A DNA stretch of 64,000 nt from an uncultured Opitutales bacterium (GCA_964499045.1 CAZCJJ010000001.1:1390-65389); one strand, 5' to 3'; numbered from the stretch's first letter, positions 27,782 through 39,087 are shown. Notes: a model not told the origin generated them from the letters alone. Made by a program: numbers and translations.

Positions 27782-28183
27782 ATGGCCAGACGTCGTCCCC
27801 ATTTTCAAACCGAGAGCACGGAGCAGATAAACATCTCTCCACTGATCGACATGGTTTTCATACTCCTGATCTTCTTCATTGTGACGACTGTCTTTGTGGA
27901 GGAAACGGGTGTGGCGGTGGACAAGCCGCAGGCGGCCTCAGCGGTGGATCTTGAAAAAAACAGCATTCTGATCGCGATTACCGGTGGCGGCCGGGTGGTT
28001 TACGGTGGCCGTGACGTTGGGGTGAGCGGTGTGCGTGCCGTGGTCCGACGGCTTTCGGAGCGCGAAAGTATGCCGGTCATCATTCAAGCGGACCGCGATG
28101 TGCCGACACACCTGCTGGTTCGGGTTATTGACGAAGCGAAACTGGCCGGAGCTCCGGCTGTGAGTATCGCCACAGAACATTGA
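27782..28183 (+). CDS. exbD: ExbD/TolR biopolymer transport protein
   Basis: [23 protein letters not shown] motif. Length 133 aa. Confidence 0.85.
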   Translation: MARRRPHFQTESTEQINISPLIDMVFILLIFFIVTTVFVEETGVAVDKPQAASAVDLEKNSILIAITGGGRVVYGGRDVGVSGVRAVVRRLSERESMPVIIQADRDVPTHLLVRVIDEAKLAGAPAVSIATEH

Positions 28184-28185
28184 AC

Positions 28186-28845
28186 ATGAGCCGACGCCTG
28201 TCATACGATGGAGGAAGCCTGCAGCGGGGACGACTCTTGCCCTTGTTGGGGGCACTCGGGGCGGCAGCCTTGGTACTGGTCTTGCTGCCCTTGACTCAAA
28301 CCATCGGTGATCGTGAAGTACAGGCACTTGAGATCCGCAAAGTGGAGGCGGTACTGCAACCCCCCCCACCTCCCCCTCCTCCCCAGGCGGAGGAGCGAAG
28401 CGAAGTCGAGGTGGCGGAAGTGGCTCCGCAAATGGAAGCAGAGGCGGCTCCCATGACACTGGCTCAACTTGAGGTCAGCCTGAACCCGGGCCTTGGCAAT
28501 GTGACCGCCGGGGCCTTTCAGGTGGGCGGGTTTTCGCTGCAACCCGATGTTATGGCGGATCTGGATATTTTTGAAATCAGCGAGTTGGATCGCCGCCCAC
28601 GGGTGATCAGTGCCCCCGAACTGGTCAAACCCTATGAACTGTCACGCGAGGGCATCAGTGGCCGGGTGCGCTTGAAGGTGTTGATTGAACCCAGTGGCCG
28701 GGTCAAGGTGCTGGATGTGATATCAAGCGACCATCCCCGTCTGGTGCGCCATGCCCGCCAGTTTGCCGAGCAGTGTCTTTACGAGTCTCCCACCCGCAAC
28801 GGCAAACCTGTTGCGGTGGCTTTCATTCTACCCATTAATTATTAG
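28186..28845 (+). CDS. tonB: Energy transducer TonB
   Basis: N-terminal TM anchor, poly-Pro QPPPPPPPPQAEE spacer, and a C-terminal TonB_C-like GISGRVRLKVLIEPSGRVKVLDVISSDHPRLVRHARQFAEQCLYESPTRNGKPVAVAFILPINY. The track start is the TTG at 28180; the first ATG is at 28186. Confidence 0.8.
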   Translation: MSRRLSYDGGSLQRGRLLPLLGALGAAALVLVLLPLTQTIGDREVQALEIRKVEAVLQPPPPPPPPQAEERSEVEVAEVAPQMEAEAAPMTLAQLEVSLNPGLGNVTAGAFQVGGFSLQPDVMADLDIFEISELDRRPRVISAPELVKPYELSREGISGRVRLKVLIEPSGRVKVLDVISSDHPRLVRHARQFAEQCLYESPTRNGKPVAVAFILPINY

Positions 28846-28889
28846 TGATGTTTCACCTTTTTTATTTGACCAGTAACAGGGTGCGTCGG

Positions 28890-29025
28890 CCACGTTCTCA
28901 CGAACGCAGCTACGGTAACCACACTCGTCGGGGCGTGGGCCAATCAGGCATGCTCACCGACAGCCACCTTCTTACGAAGGCAGCTACTTCTCCATTGATA
29001 CGTAGCCGCGCTCGTCAGAGCGTGG
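28890..29025. repeat. Three REP-like 24-nt hairpin units in the tonB-TPR intergenic gap
   Basis: CCACGTTCTCACGAACGCAGCTAC (28890-28913), CCACCTTCTTACGAAGGCAGCTAC (28964-28987) and GTAGCCGCGCTCGTCAGAGCGTGG (29002-29025, inverted). Confidence 0.8.
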
Positions 29026-29048
29026 ACGAACCTGTAAGTCCTGCCGGT

Positions 29049-30452
29049 ATGGCCGTTGGAACGTCAGGCCGTCGAACTGACAGACCGTGGCGTTTTTCAG
29101 TCGTGGTGGCCATCGCCTCCGTCTGGCTGTCCGGTCTGATTTCGCTGGAGGGTCGTCCATTTGGACTGATGGAAAGCAACTGGGAGAACGAGGCCTTTCG
29201 TGCCCGTTTTCTCGGTTCTTACGGATTTGACGGTAGCCGGGAGCCCTCGGTCTCACGCGAAGAACAGGAATTGTTGCAGGGGCTGATTCCGCTTATGGAA
29301 AGGGAGCAGTATGCGGCGGCGTCCTCCCGGTTGACGGCGGCGATCCGGGAGGAGTCGAGTGCGGCCCTCGACTATACGCTTGGCAATGTTTATTTCCAGA
29401 GTGGTCAACTGGGAGCGGCGGAACGGGCCTACCGTGAAGCTTTGAGAAAGTTTCCTGATTTCCTGCGAGCATACCGCAATTTGGCTTTGGTTTATTTGCA
29501 GCAGGGTAAGGTTCAGGATGCGCTTCCTCTCCTCATTCAGTCCTTGGAAAAAGGAGGGGCGGATGGGGACCTCTATGGCCTGATGGCATACTGTTATCTG
29601 ACCCAAGGCAATGCCAGTGCGGCTCTTTCGGGGTACGATCTTGCGCTGCTTTACCGACCGGAGAATCTTGATTGGCAACTGGGCAAGGCGCAGGCCCTGC
29701 ATTCCCTGGAACGCTACCGGGATGCCATCGGCTTGGTGGAGGAGATTCTGCGCCGTCATCCAGAGCGGGCGGATTTATGGCTTTTTCAGGCCAACCTTTA
29801 TCTGGCTGATCAGCAACGGGGAAAGGCTGCAGCCAATCTGGAGATTTTAAGGCGAAAAGGAGAGGCAACCGCAGCGGGTCTGGTGTTACTGGGAGATATT
29901 TACCTGAATGAGGGGCTGAAGGATCTCGCGCTGGAGGTTTATGCAGTTGCTCTGCGAGAGAAAGAGAAGCCCGCGCTGGGAAGCATCATTCGTTCACTTG
30001 AAGGACTGGTGCAGCGACAGGAGTTGGCGGCTGCGCGGGCCTTGTTAACGGAGGTGACGACGGCTTACGACAAACCATGGGCACCCAAGGATGAAGTGGC
30101 TTTGCTGAATCTGGAAGCGAGGGTACTGATTGCAGAAGGAGAAGGGGAGCGTGCGGCGCGCACCTTGCAGGGAATACTGGACCGCAATCCTCTGGATGGC
30201 CAGGCTCTCTTGCTGCTGGCGGATTACCATGCCGGACGCGGGGAACGCGAGGAGGCTGAATTTCTCTATGAACGTGCCATTCGCCTACCGGGATATCAGG
30301 TCGAAGCTTATGTTCAGCATGCCCGCCTTCTGGTCCGTGAGCAGGAGTATGAGGCTGCTTTGGTTTTACTTCGTAAAGCTCAGGATGTACGCTATCAGGA
30401 GCATGTGGACCGTTACATGCAGGCGATCCGGCAGACCGCCCGGACGCGGTAA
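29049..30452 (+). CDS. TPR-repeat protein (TtpD-like last gene of the TonB2-type cluster)
   Basis: Start re-set to the ATG at 29049. The track ORF from 28845 translates the REP-like repeats (RPRSHERSYG...). Hydrophobic anchor FSVVVAIASVWLSGLISL, then many TPRs, e.g. LGNVYFQSGQLGAAERAYREALRKFPDFLRAYRNLALVYLQQGK. Confidence 0.7.
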   Translation: MAVGTSGRRTDRPWRFSVVVAIASVWLSGLISLEGRPFGLMESNWENEAFRARFLGSYGFDGSREPSVSREEQELLQGLIPLMEREQYAAASSRLTAAIREESSAALDYTLGNVYFQSGQLGAAERAYREALRKFPDFLRAYRNLALVYLQQGKVQDALPLLIQSLEKGGADGDLYGLMAYCYLTQGNASAALSGYDLALLYRPENLDWQLGKAQALHSLERYRDAIGLVEEILRRHPERADLWLFQANLYLADQQRGKAAANLEILRRKGEATAAGLVLLGDIYLNEGLKDLALEVYAVALREKEKPALGSIIRSLEGLVQRQELAAARALLTEVTTAYDKPWAPKDEVALLNLEARVLIAEGEGERAARTLQGILDRNPLDGQALLLLADYHAGRGEREEAEFLYERAIRLPGYQVEAYVQHARLLVREQEYEAALVLLRKAQDVRYQEHVDRYMQAIRQTARTR

Positions 30453-30506
30453 GGTTTGCGGGCTAATCCAAGTTATACGCATCCACACTTGCGTGCCACC
30501 AATATG

Positions 30507-31604
30507 TCAGGCCAGAACCCTGGCATAAACCTGAGCTGTTTCCGCTGCGGTCTTCTCCCAGCTGAATGCCTTCAGCCGGGCTTGACCTTTTTGAATCATC
30601 GCCTGACGTTCAGCGCTTGTGAGGTGTGTGAGCTTCACCATGAGTTCAGCTAATTCGCCGGGGGCCTGGGGATCGAAGAATAGGGCGGCATCCTGAGCAA
30701 TCTCTGGTAAACTTCCTGCCTGTGCGGCCAATATCGGGCAATGCTGAGCCATCGCCTCAAGTAGGGGCAGCCCGAAGCCTTCGTATTTAGATGGGAAGAT
30801 ATAGCCGGCTGACTGCTGGTATAAATTCGCCAAAGTGTCATCATCAACAACCCCCGTAAAGCGGATCTTGTTGCTAAGACCGAGCGCTTGAAGCTCTTGA
30901 TGTTCCTTTTTCGAGGGTAGATGACCCACTACAACCAAATGAATGCTGCTCGATGAAAGCATTCGCATGGCCTGCTGGAGGAGTGAGAAATTTTTGTATC
31001 CTCCGCGCTGTCCAACATAAAGAAACTGAAAGGGATCATGTGAGAGTCTTGGACGACTCACAGGTGAACAGGTTAATGAACACCCGTGATGAACCACCCA
31101 TGTTCTGTCCTCCAACTCGGGAGCAATGGCAAGTAAATCGGACCGTGTCGTTTCTGAGACTGCAATTATGGCTTGAGATGCCCGTGCGAGACTCAGTTTT
31201 GCCTGACTGATTTGTCCGCTTGGATCCAGCTCATTGGGGAAGCGTTCATGAATTAAATCGTGTAAGGTGCTTACCAGAGGGACGCCGATCGTTGAAGGAG
31301 GGCATCCGCCGAGTAGGCTAAAGCCAGTGGCATGCACAAGAGCCGGTTTTATCTGTTTGCGCACCCGGTCCACGCGGGCGGGGAACAATCTATGAAAAAA
31401 GCGACGAGGTTTCCAGATGGCGAGCCTCCGTATCTCAATTCCACCCTCCGGGAGGGGGAAATGTACAGGTTCTTTGACCAACAGGGCAGGATTAAACGGA
31501 GGGGGAAGGTGGTTTATCAGCTCATGGAAGTAACGCCACATGCCACGGCTTTCCGGCATGGAGAAGACACTCCCATCGTAAAGAACTTTGAACGGCCTAC
31601 TCAT
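30507..31604 (-). CDS. Glycosyltransferase family 1 (GT4-like)
   Basis: C-terminal AGYIFPSKYEGFGLPLLEAMAQHCPILAAQAGSLPEIAQDAALFFDP (E-x7-E region). Confidence 0.8.
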   Translation of the reverse strand: MSRPFKVLYDGSVFSMPESRGMWRYFHELINHLPPPFNPALLVKEPVHFPLPEGGIEIRRLAIWKPRRFFHRLFPARVDRVRKQIKPALVHATGFSLLGGCPPSTIGVPLVSTLHDLIHERFPNELDPSGQISQAKLSLARASQAIIAVSETTRSDLLAIAPELEDRTWVVHHGCSLTCSPVSRPRLSHDPFQFLYVGQRGGYKNFSLLQQAMRMLSSSSIHLVVVGHLPSKKEHQELQALGLSNKIRFTGVVDDDTLANLYQQSAGYIFPSKYEGFGLPLLEAMAQHCPILAAQAGSLPEIAQDAALFFDPQAPGELAELMVKLTHLTSAERQAMIQKGQARLKAFSWEKTAAETAQVYARVLA

Positions 31605-32434
31605 CGCACTGCAAGAAAGCTACACATCTTCCCCGGGTAAGCTGCATAACGATTGAGGTAGCGGGTAAAGGGTTTCAGAAAAGGCCGGAAGCATGTTAGG
31701 GGCAGTTGTCCCAGACGTTTCCATTTATGTGAACATCGTTGCCTCAGATCCTTTAGTAAATCCTCCTGGGTTAAGGGAAAATAATTAATGGGGCTGTCGT
31801 ATAAGTCGATGACACGTACGGAACGGAAGCCTGCATCTCTGAAAGCCTTAAGGTACGATTCCAGCGTGTAGGCGTTCTCCCCTCCATGCAAATGATGGAG
31901 AGGGTGGTGTTCTAGGAAAACGGGTAATTCATCGCGGTTCTTAATAACATGTTCCCGCGTGGCCAGGAAACACCCGCCCGGCTTCAGCGATTCCCGGATG
32001 CGCGTGAGGCCAAGTGTTAAATCGTTGAAATGATGCAGAACCTGACGGCAGTAGGCGGTATCAAAGGAAGCGGGTGCACAAGGTAGATTCTCAGCAAAAG
32101 CATCGATCAGATGAATTGTGAGGCCTGGATCCCGTTCCAGTAATTGCAGGATAGCTGCCCGGCCAACGATGGGTGAAGGGTCGGGCTCCACTGCGGTTAC
32201 TTGAAACCCGGAACGGGAAAAAGCATAGGCGCTGATGCCATGCCCGGATCCGATGTCCAAGAGTTTAGAGCCCCGTGCGTGCTGATTGATTAGCAAACGA
32301 ACTTCGCGGAATTCTTCAGAGTGAAGGAAGCGTTCAGCTGCAGCCTTAATATCCTCATCGAAGTAATTCTTCTCTGCAAATACCTTGTCTCCCCGGGCGA
32401 GCAATTTTAATACCGATTGTTCGTAGTTTAACAT
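31601..32434 (-). CDS. Class I SAM-dependent methyltransferase
   Basis: Motif I LLDIGSGHGISAYAFSRSGFQVTAVEPD. The stop overlaps the downstream start. Confidence 0.75.
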   Translation of the reverse strand: MLNYEQSVLKLLARGDKVFAEKNYFDEDIKAAAERFLHSEEFREVRLLINQHARGSKLLDIGSGHGISAYAFSRSGFQVTAVEPDPSPIVGRAAILQLLERDPGLTIHLIDAFAENLPCAPASFDTAYCRQVLHHFNDLTLGLTRIRESLKPGGCFLATREHVIKNRDELPVFLEHHPLHHLHGGENAYTLESYLKAFRDAGFRSVRVIDLYDSPINYFPLTQEDLLKDLRQRCSHKWKRLGQLPLTCFRPFLKPFTRYLNRYAAYPGKMCSFLAVR

Positions 32435-32455
32435 GATGAAAAAGCCTTGGGCAGA

Positions 32456-33397
32456 TCAATATAGTTTTCGGCGCCAGGCTCCCAAGCGGATTCGCCAGCG
32501 GTTTACAGTTTTCCTGAACCACGAACGCTCCTGGTGCAGATAAGCGGTACGGAAGGTTTCCTCGTCAAAGCTTTTGAGTGGACGGGAAATTAGCGGCCAA
32601 TGCGAAATACTGCCGAGGGGTCGCGGGCGTGGGCTGAGGGCAGATGAACCCGAATGCGTATGTGTGGCCTCCTCCCCAAAACCGAGATTCCTGACCAAGG
32701 GCACACCGGGAGCCAGGCAGTAAGCTTGCTCTCTCCAGATACTGAACTGCCATGGGTAAGCCCATGAGGAAATTGCGTTTCCCTGCGAATGAAGCTCGCC
32801 AAATAAATGGCTCCAGAAATTCCTTTCCGCATCGGAATCCGTCATGCCAAGAATGTGCTGAGGCATCCGGGGTTCCGCCCAATTGGAAAGGTCGGAAACC
32901 CTTTTTTCCCAGGCACGCGCCCAGGTTGCCCAACCCCAACAGTGGGGATATTTCGTTAGGAATACGGTGTGCTTCCGGTATTTTCGCGGAGGCTGGAAAT
33001 TATTACCTCCGATGTGCATGAGCTTATTCTCGTCCCGATAGTGAAGGAGTGCGGATTCGCAGTATTGGAAAAAATCAGGATGCGGAAGGCAGTCGTCTTC
33101 GAGGATGATCGCCTGGGGTTCGCTGGAAAAAACGGCATCAAGCCCACTAATCACCCTGTCCCGGCAGCCCAGGTTCCTGCTGCTGTAAATACGCTGAACC
33201 GAGCAGGGCCAGTCAATCTTGGCGACAACCGCGCGGGTGGCTTGGACCTGCGCTGCCTCGCCCGGTTTGTCCAATCGCGGACCGTCGGCGATGAGATACA
33301 ACCGCGGGGGGCGTGCCTCACGGATCCGGTTGAACACCTGCCGCGTGGTGTCAGGGCGCCGGAAGATAATGAAAGCGACCGCAGTGTTCATGGACAT
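32456..33397 (-). CDS. GT-A fold glycosyltransferase (HlpA/GNT-I-like)
   Basis: AVAFIIFRRPDTTRQVFNRI...LYLIADGPR...AIILEDDCLP (DxD-type motif). Confidence 0.55.
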   Translation of the reverse strand: MSMNTAVAFIIFRRPDTTRQVFNRIREARPPRLYLIADGPRLDKPGEAAQVQATRAVVAKIDWPCSVQRIYSSRNLGCRDRVISGLDAVFSSEPQAIILEDDCLPHPDFFQYCESALLHYRDENKLMHIGGNNFQPPRKYRKHTVFLTKYPHCWGWATWARAWEKRVSDLSNWAEPRMPQHILGMTDSDAERNFWSHLFGELHSQGNAISSWAYPWQFSIWREQAYCLAPGVPLVRNLGFGEEATHTHSGSSALSPRPRPLGSISHWPLISRPLKSFDEETFRTAYLHQERSWFRKTVNRWRIRLGAWRRKLY

Positions 33398-33444
33398 TTG
33401 GGATTAGGGCGGGATGAAGTTGTAGGGATGAGAGACCGGAGCCT

Positions 33445-34455
33445 TTATTTCCTCCGTGGATTTCCGCAACGAAACAGCTTTTTTAGCAGGGTTTTAAGAT
33501 GTTTAATCTTAATTTTATAGGAGTTCCTCATATTGTATGTCCTGCCTAATGTAGGCAGTCCTGCAATATTCAGTTCTCCTTTTCCCCTCCTCCTCGATTG
33601 TTTCCTGGCCTGATGCAATACAATCTTAAAGAGAGAGTCCGGGACCCAACTCAGGTTGAGTGAATTCATTTTGACGAAATGATGGCTTGCCTTCTCCTGG
33701 CAGTAAAATTCGCCGTGGGGGCTCAAATATACTTTTTTGATATCTTTACTGTAGAGAATACGCTCCATTTCCATGCCATGTTCCTGGCAAATGCAATCGT
33801 CGAAGGTGGAGCCATCAATAATGGTGTTCAATCTAATCGAATGAATAGGGTATTCCTTGGATTCTTTAAAGATTTTATACGCTCTCATTTCTGTGAAAGC
33901 AAAATCCTCATTCTCTTGATCAAACTCCCGTTGCAGGTCCTCCAAATATTTCTGATTCTGAAAGATGCCGTTAATTGTTCTTATGTATTGCGATACAACT
34001 GAGCGTTTGGAGATGTATCCATTCATGCAAATCCCGTTGCATTGCTCCGTGCAGTCATAGCGCCTGAATTTCTTTTCGTGGCGCGCCAAAGCATCCAGAA
34101 TCATGTTGTCTGAGTCAAAGTGCCAGAAGTCGTCAATTCCCTGTGAAATTAGGAAATTGTTTATGTAAAACCACCTTTTGAAAACAAAATTTACCCAGTC
34201 TTTCCCTCCTCTGATAGGGTTATGTCTTTTGCCTTGGACCAGTCTATAGACCAGATCAAATGTTTCTATTTCATTACCGTATCGATAGTCATCAAAAAAG
34301 TAATGTTTTATGTTTTTGGCGGCTCCAAGCCATCGATTATCCTGATCCCCCAGCAGGAAAATTTCTTTATCAGGGTTGGTTAATCTCGCCACCTCCAGAA
34401 CATAAGGAAGGTATGTGCTGTTTCCGTAATGGCAGAATAGGATAGGTGCATTCAT
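33445..34455 (-). CDS. Hypothetical protein, possible GT-A glycosyltransferase, AT-rich gene
   Basis: Clear long ORF with visibly lower GC than its neighbours. WHFDSDNMIL contains a DxD-like motif. No family recognised. Confidence 0.4.
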   Translation of the reverse strand: MNAPILFCHYGNSTYLPYVLEVARLTNPDKEIFLLGDQDNRWLGAAKNIKHYFFDDYRYGNEIETFDLVYRLVQGKRHNPIRGGKDWVNFVFKRWFYINNFLISQGIDDFWHFDSDNMILDALARHEKKFRRYDCTEQCNGICMNGYISKRSVVSQYIRTINGIFQNQKYLEDLQREFDQENEDFAFTEMRAYKIFKESKEYPIHSIRLNTIIDGSTFDDCICQEHGMEMERILYSKDIKKVYLSPHGEFYCQEKASHHFVKMNSLNLSWVPDSLFKIVLHQARKQSRRRGKGELNIAGLPTLGRTYNMRNSYKIKIKHLKTLLKKLFRCGNPRRK

Positions 34456-35299
34456 TGAGGTTGGGCTTTAAAGCCACTACGGCGAATCCCCTGCTTCCGG
34501 CAGGGCATTCACCACGATCTCATCGCCGATTTGCGGTCGGCCGGAAAGGATTTCCAGCCCGAGGGAGCGGCCTTGACGCCATGGGGAGGGGCGCAGGGTG
34601 GCGGTTTGTTCCAGCTCGAAATTCCGGGTGGTCAGTTGCTCATCGACTGCCGCGAAACGGCTGGCCAGCCAGCCGACAGCAATGGAGGAATCTTCGTCCA
34701 CCCAGACAATCTCTCCAATGACAAGCCGTGAGCTAGCCGTCGGCGGAGGTGTATGGCGGATATCCTGAGGTGAGGGTCGCTCCGCTCCGGACTCTGTTTG
34801 GGTACCTAGTACCCCGGTCAGTCCGCTTCGGCGGCTGCCGGTCCGGGTGACCGTACTGCCGGGCTGGAACATGCGTCCCCAGAAACCGGTTTCGTCGGCA
34901 TCGGTGTCATCGGCGCTGCCTTCAGGAGTTTCCTCGTCCGTCCTGCTCTCCTCTTCCGGCGGTTCAAGCGGAGCCTCCGCTGTTTCCTGTGCTACCTCCT
35001 CCGTAGCCGGTTCGGGGGAAACAAAGGAGGGAGCCCGGCGCTGGGCTTCGCTCACCGAAATACCGCTCAGGCAGGAGACGAAGAGAAGCAGGCAAATCGT
35101 ATGCCCCTGTCGTTTTCCGGTGAATGCAAGACTGTCGGGAGGCTCTTTCAAGGTCTTCTCCCGGTTTGGCGATTTCTTTGAATGGTCATGCCTCAGATTG
35201 GAAAGGAGCACGGCGTCCCGCCCGTAATTTCCAAAGTACGCGGGCAAGAACCACCTTCGCCGAGGCTTCTGTGGTCGCGGTGCCCGCGCTCCTTTCACT

Positions 35300-37225
<1,926 letters not shown>

Positions 37226-37233
37226 AAGAGTGT

Positions 37234-39087
37234 TCAGCTTTCGATTTGAGAAGGATGAACCAGTTGCGGAGGCTTATCACGGAACCGGCGGATTTCGATG
37301 CGTTGGCGGTGGAGTTCCTGAAGGGAAACCGGACTGTTTGGAGTGTGATTCAACAGGGCGACCTCAATCTCCTTTTTCTTTTGGTTGAGGTGGTTGACGA
37401 AGATTGAATTCAGGCAGCAGTTGGCTTCCTTGATCGGGTCCTCGTAGAAAAATTTTTCTGCCAGGATGCGGTAAATATAGTTCTTTTCTTCGTCATTCTC
37501 AAGGAGGTCGTCTAAATCATGGGTGTCCAGTTCGTGCCCCTCACGGAATTCCGCGAGTATTCTGCGAAGCAATCTCCCTTCCAGTGTTTCTGGTTTAATC
37601 CATTCAGGATTAAGCACTTCTGAGATTTTGAAGGCGAGCTCGGCATGGTTTAAAAGGATAAAAAGTAGCTGATATTCAACACTTGTCAACTTTCCATTCG
37701 GTGTGGAAAGGGGGTCGGTTTTGCTGGTTTCGGAGTGCTGCGGGGCTCCACTGGATTGCCGGTCGAGGTAGCGCTGGAGGTCCGTGGCGAGGGTGTGGCG
37801 TTCGATCCGTGTTTCGCGCACGAGTTCCTCGAGGTAAGCGTCGCGGGCAACTGCGGAGTCACAGGCGGCCAGGATCTGGAATATGGACTGGAGCGCTTCG
37901 GCTTTGTCTCTGGGGCTGCCACGGTCTCCAGGGTAAAGCGCGCGGACGGCGAATAACATGGGGCTGACCGGCTGGGAGGCAAGTACCTCCCAGGTTTCGC
38001 GGTTTTCCCGCAGGAGGTCATCCGGGTCGGTGCCTTCGGGTAGTGCGATGAAATTCACTTCAAGGCCGGACTGCAGAGCCATTGGGAGCATACGCAGTGC
38101 GGCTTTCTGCCCCGCTTTGTCACCGTCGAGCACACAGAGCAACTGGCTGGTGTAGCGGCGGATCAGGGTCATTTGGTGTTCGGTGATGGCGGTCCCCTGG
38201 GGGGCGATGGCATTTTTGATCCCGGCATTCCAGCAGCGCAGGCAGTCCAACTGGCCTTCCACCATGATGAGGGGGGCACTGTCTTCCGTGTGCTGCCTGG
38301 CCCTGTCCAGATTGAAAAGCAGGTCCCCTTTTCTGAAGATGGGGGTTTCGGGTGAGTTGATATACTTGGCGTCGTGGGAGGGATCGTCCTTGGGGGTGAG
38401 TTCGGTTTGCCGGGCGGTGAAGGCGACGATACGTCCTTGTACATCGCGGATAGGGATCATGAGCCTGCCACGGAAACGTGGCCGGGCATTGCGGGGGTTG
38501 GTCTCATTGTCCCTGAGGTAGAAGAGGCCGGAATTGCGGATGGCTTCGAGGGAAAAGGATTGGCGACAGACTTTTTCGACCACGGAACGGTCCTGGGCCG
38601 GAGCAAAGCCGATTTGAAACTCCTCTGCCAGTTCCATCGGAAAGTGTCTCCCCTTGGTCCAGTATTCCCGGGCGTAGCTGCCGGTCTTATCGGACGCCAG
38701 AAAGAGCTGGTGGTAATAGTTGCCCATCCATTCATGGAGGCTGAGCAGTTCCTTGCGCAAGGACAGTTTCTCCGGCGGTGTACCGTCGTCCTCATACTCG
38801 AGAGGGATATTGTAGCGGCGGGCTAGGGTTTCGACCACTTCGTTGAAGGTCAGGTTTTCCTTCAGCTCCACAAAACGGAACAGATCACCGGCATTGCCGC
38901 TGCTGTAGCAGATAAACACGTTCTTTTCCGGATGAACGAAGAAAGACGGGGTTTTTTCCTGGCCAAAGGGGCTCAGGCCCCGGAATTGGGCTCCGGCCTT
39001 TTTGAGCTGGGTATAGGCCCCGGCGACGTCCACCAGGCTGACGCGTTGGCGAATGGTTTCGATACTGCTTCGTTTGACCCTGGGCAT
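37234..39087 (-). CDS. dnaG: DNA primase
   Basis: N-terminal [18 protein letters not shown] (primase Zn-ribbon region, ligands degenerate). [15 protein letters not shown]...[12 protein letters not shown]. Lies immediately upstream of rpoD, the classic dnaG-rpoD arrangement. Confidence 0.9.
   Translation of the reverse strand: MPRVKRSSIETIRQRVSLVDVAGAYTQLKKAGAQFRGLSPFGQEKTPSFFVHPEKNVFICYSSGNAGDLFRFVELKENLTFNEVVETLARRYNIPLEYEDDGTPPEKLSLRKELLSLHEWMGNYYHQLFLASDKTGSYAREYWTKGRHFPMELAEEFQIGFAPAQDRSVVEKVCRQSFSLEAIRNSGLFYLRDNETNPRNARPRFRGRLMIPIRDVQGRIVAFTARQTELTPKDDPSHDAKYINSPETPIFRKGDLLFNLDRARQHTEDSAPLIMVEGQLDCLRCWNAGIKNAIAPQGTAITEHQMTLIRRYTSQLLCVLDGDKAGQKAALRMLPMALQSGLEVNFIALPEGTDPDDLLRENRETWEVLASQPVSPMLFAVRALYPGDRGSPRDKAEALQSIFQILAACDSAVARDAYLEELVRETRIERHTLATDLQRYLDRQSSGAPQHSETSKTDPLSTPNGKLTSVEYQLLFILLNHAELAFKISEVLNPEWIKPETLEGRLLRRILAEFREGHELDTHDLDDLLENDEEKNYIYRILAEKFFYEDPIKEANCCLNSIFVNHLNQKKKEIEVALLNHTPNSPVSLQELHRQRIEIRRFRDKPPQLVHPSQIES

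Noticed and set aside
28845-29048. 68-codon N-terminal extension of the TPR ORF (MMFHLFYLTSNRVRRPRSHERSYG...).
   Set aside because: The extension consists of three REP-like hairpin repeats that also occur in clearly non-coding places. The ATG at 29049 is followed by a basic n-region and then a hydrophobic anchor.
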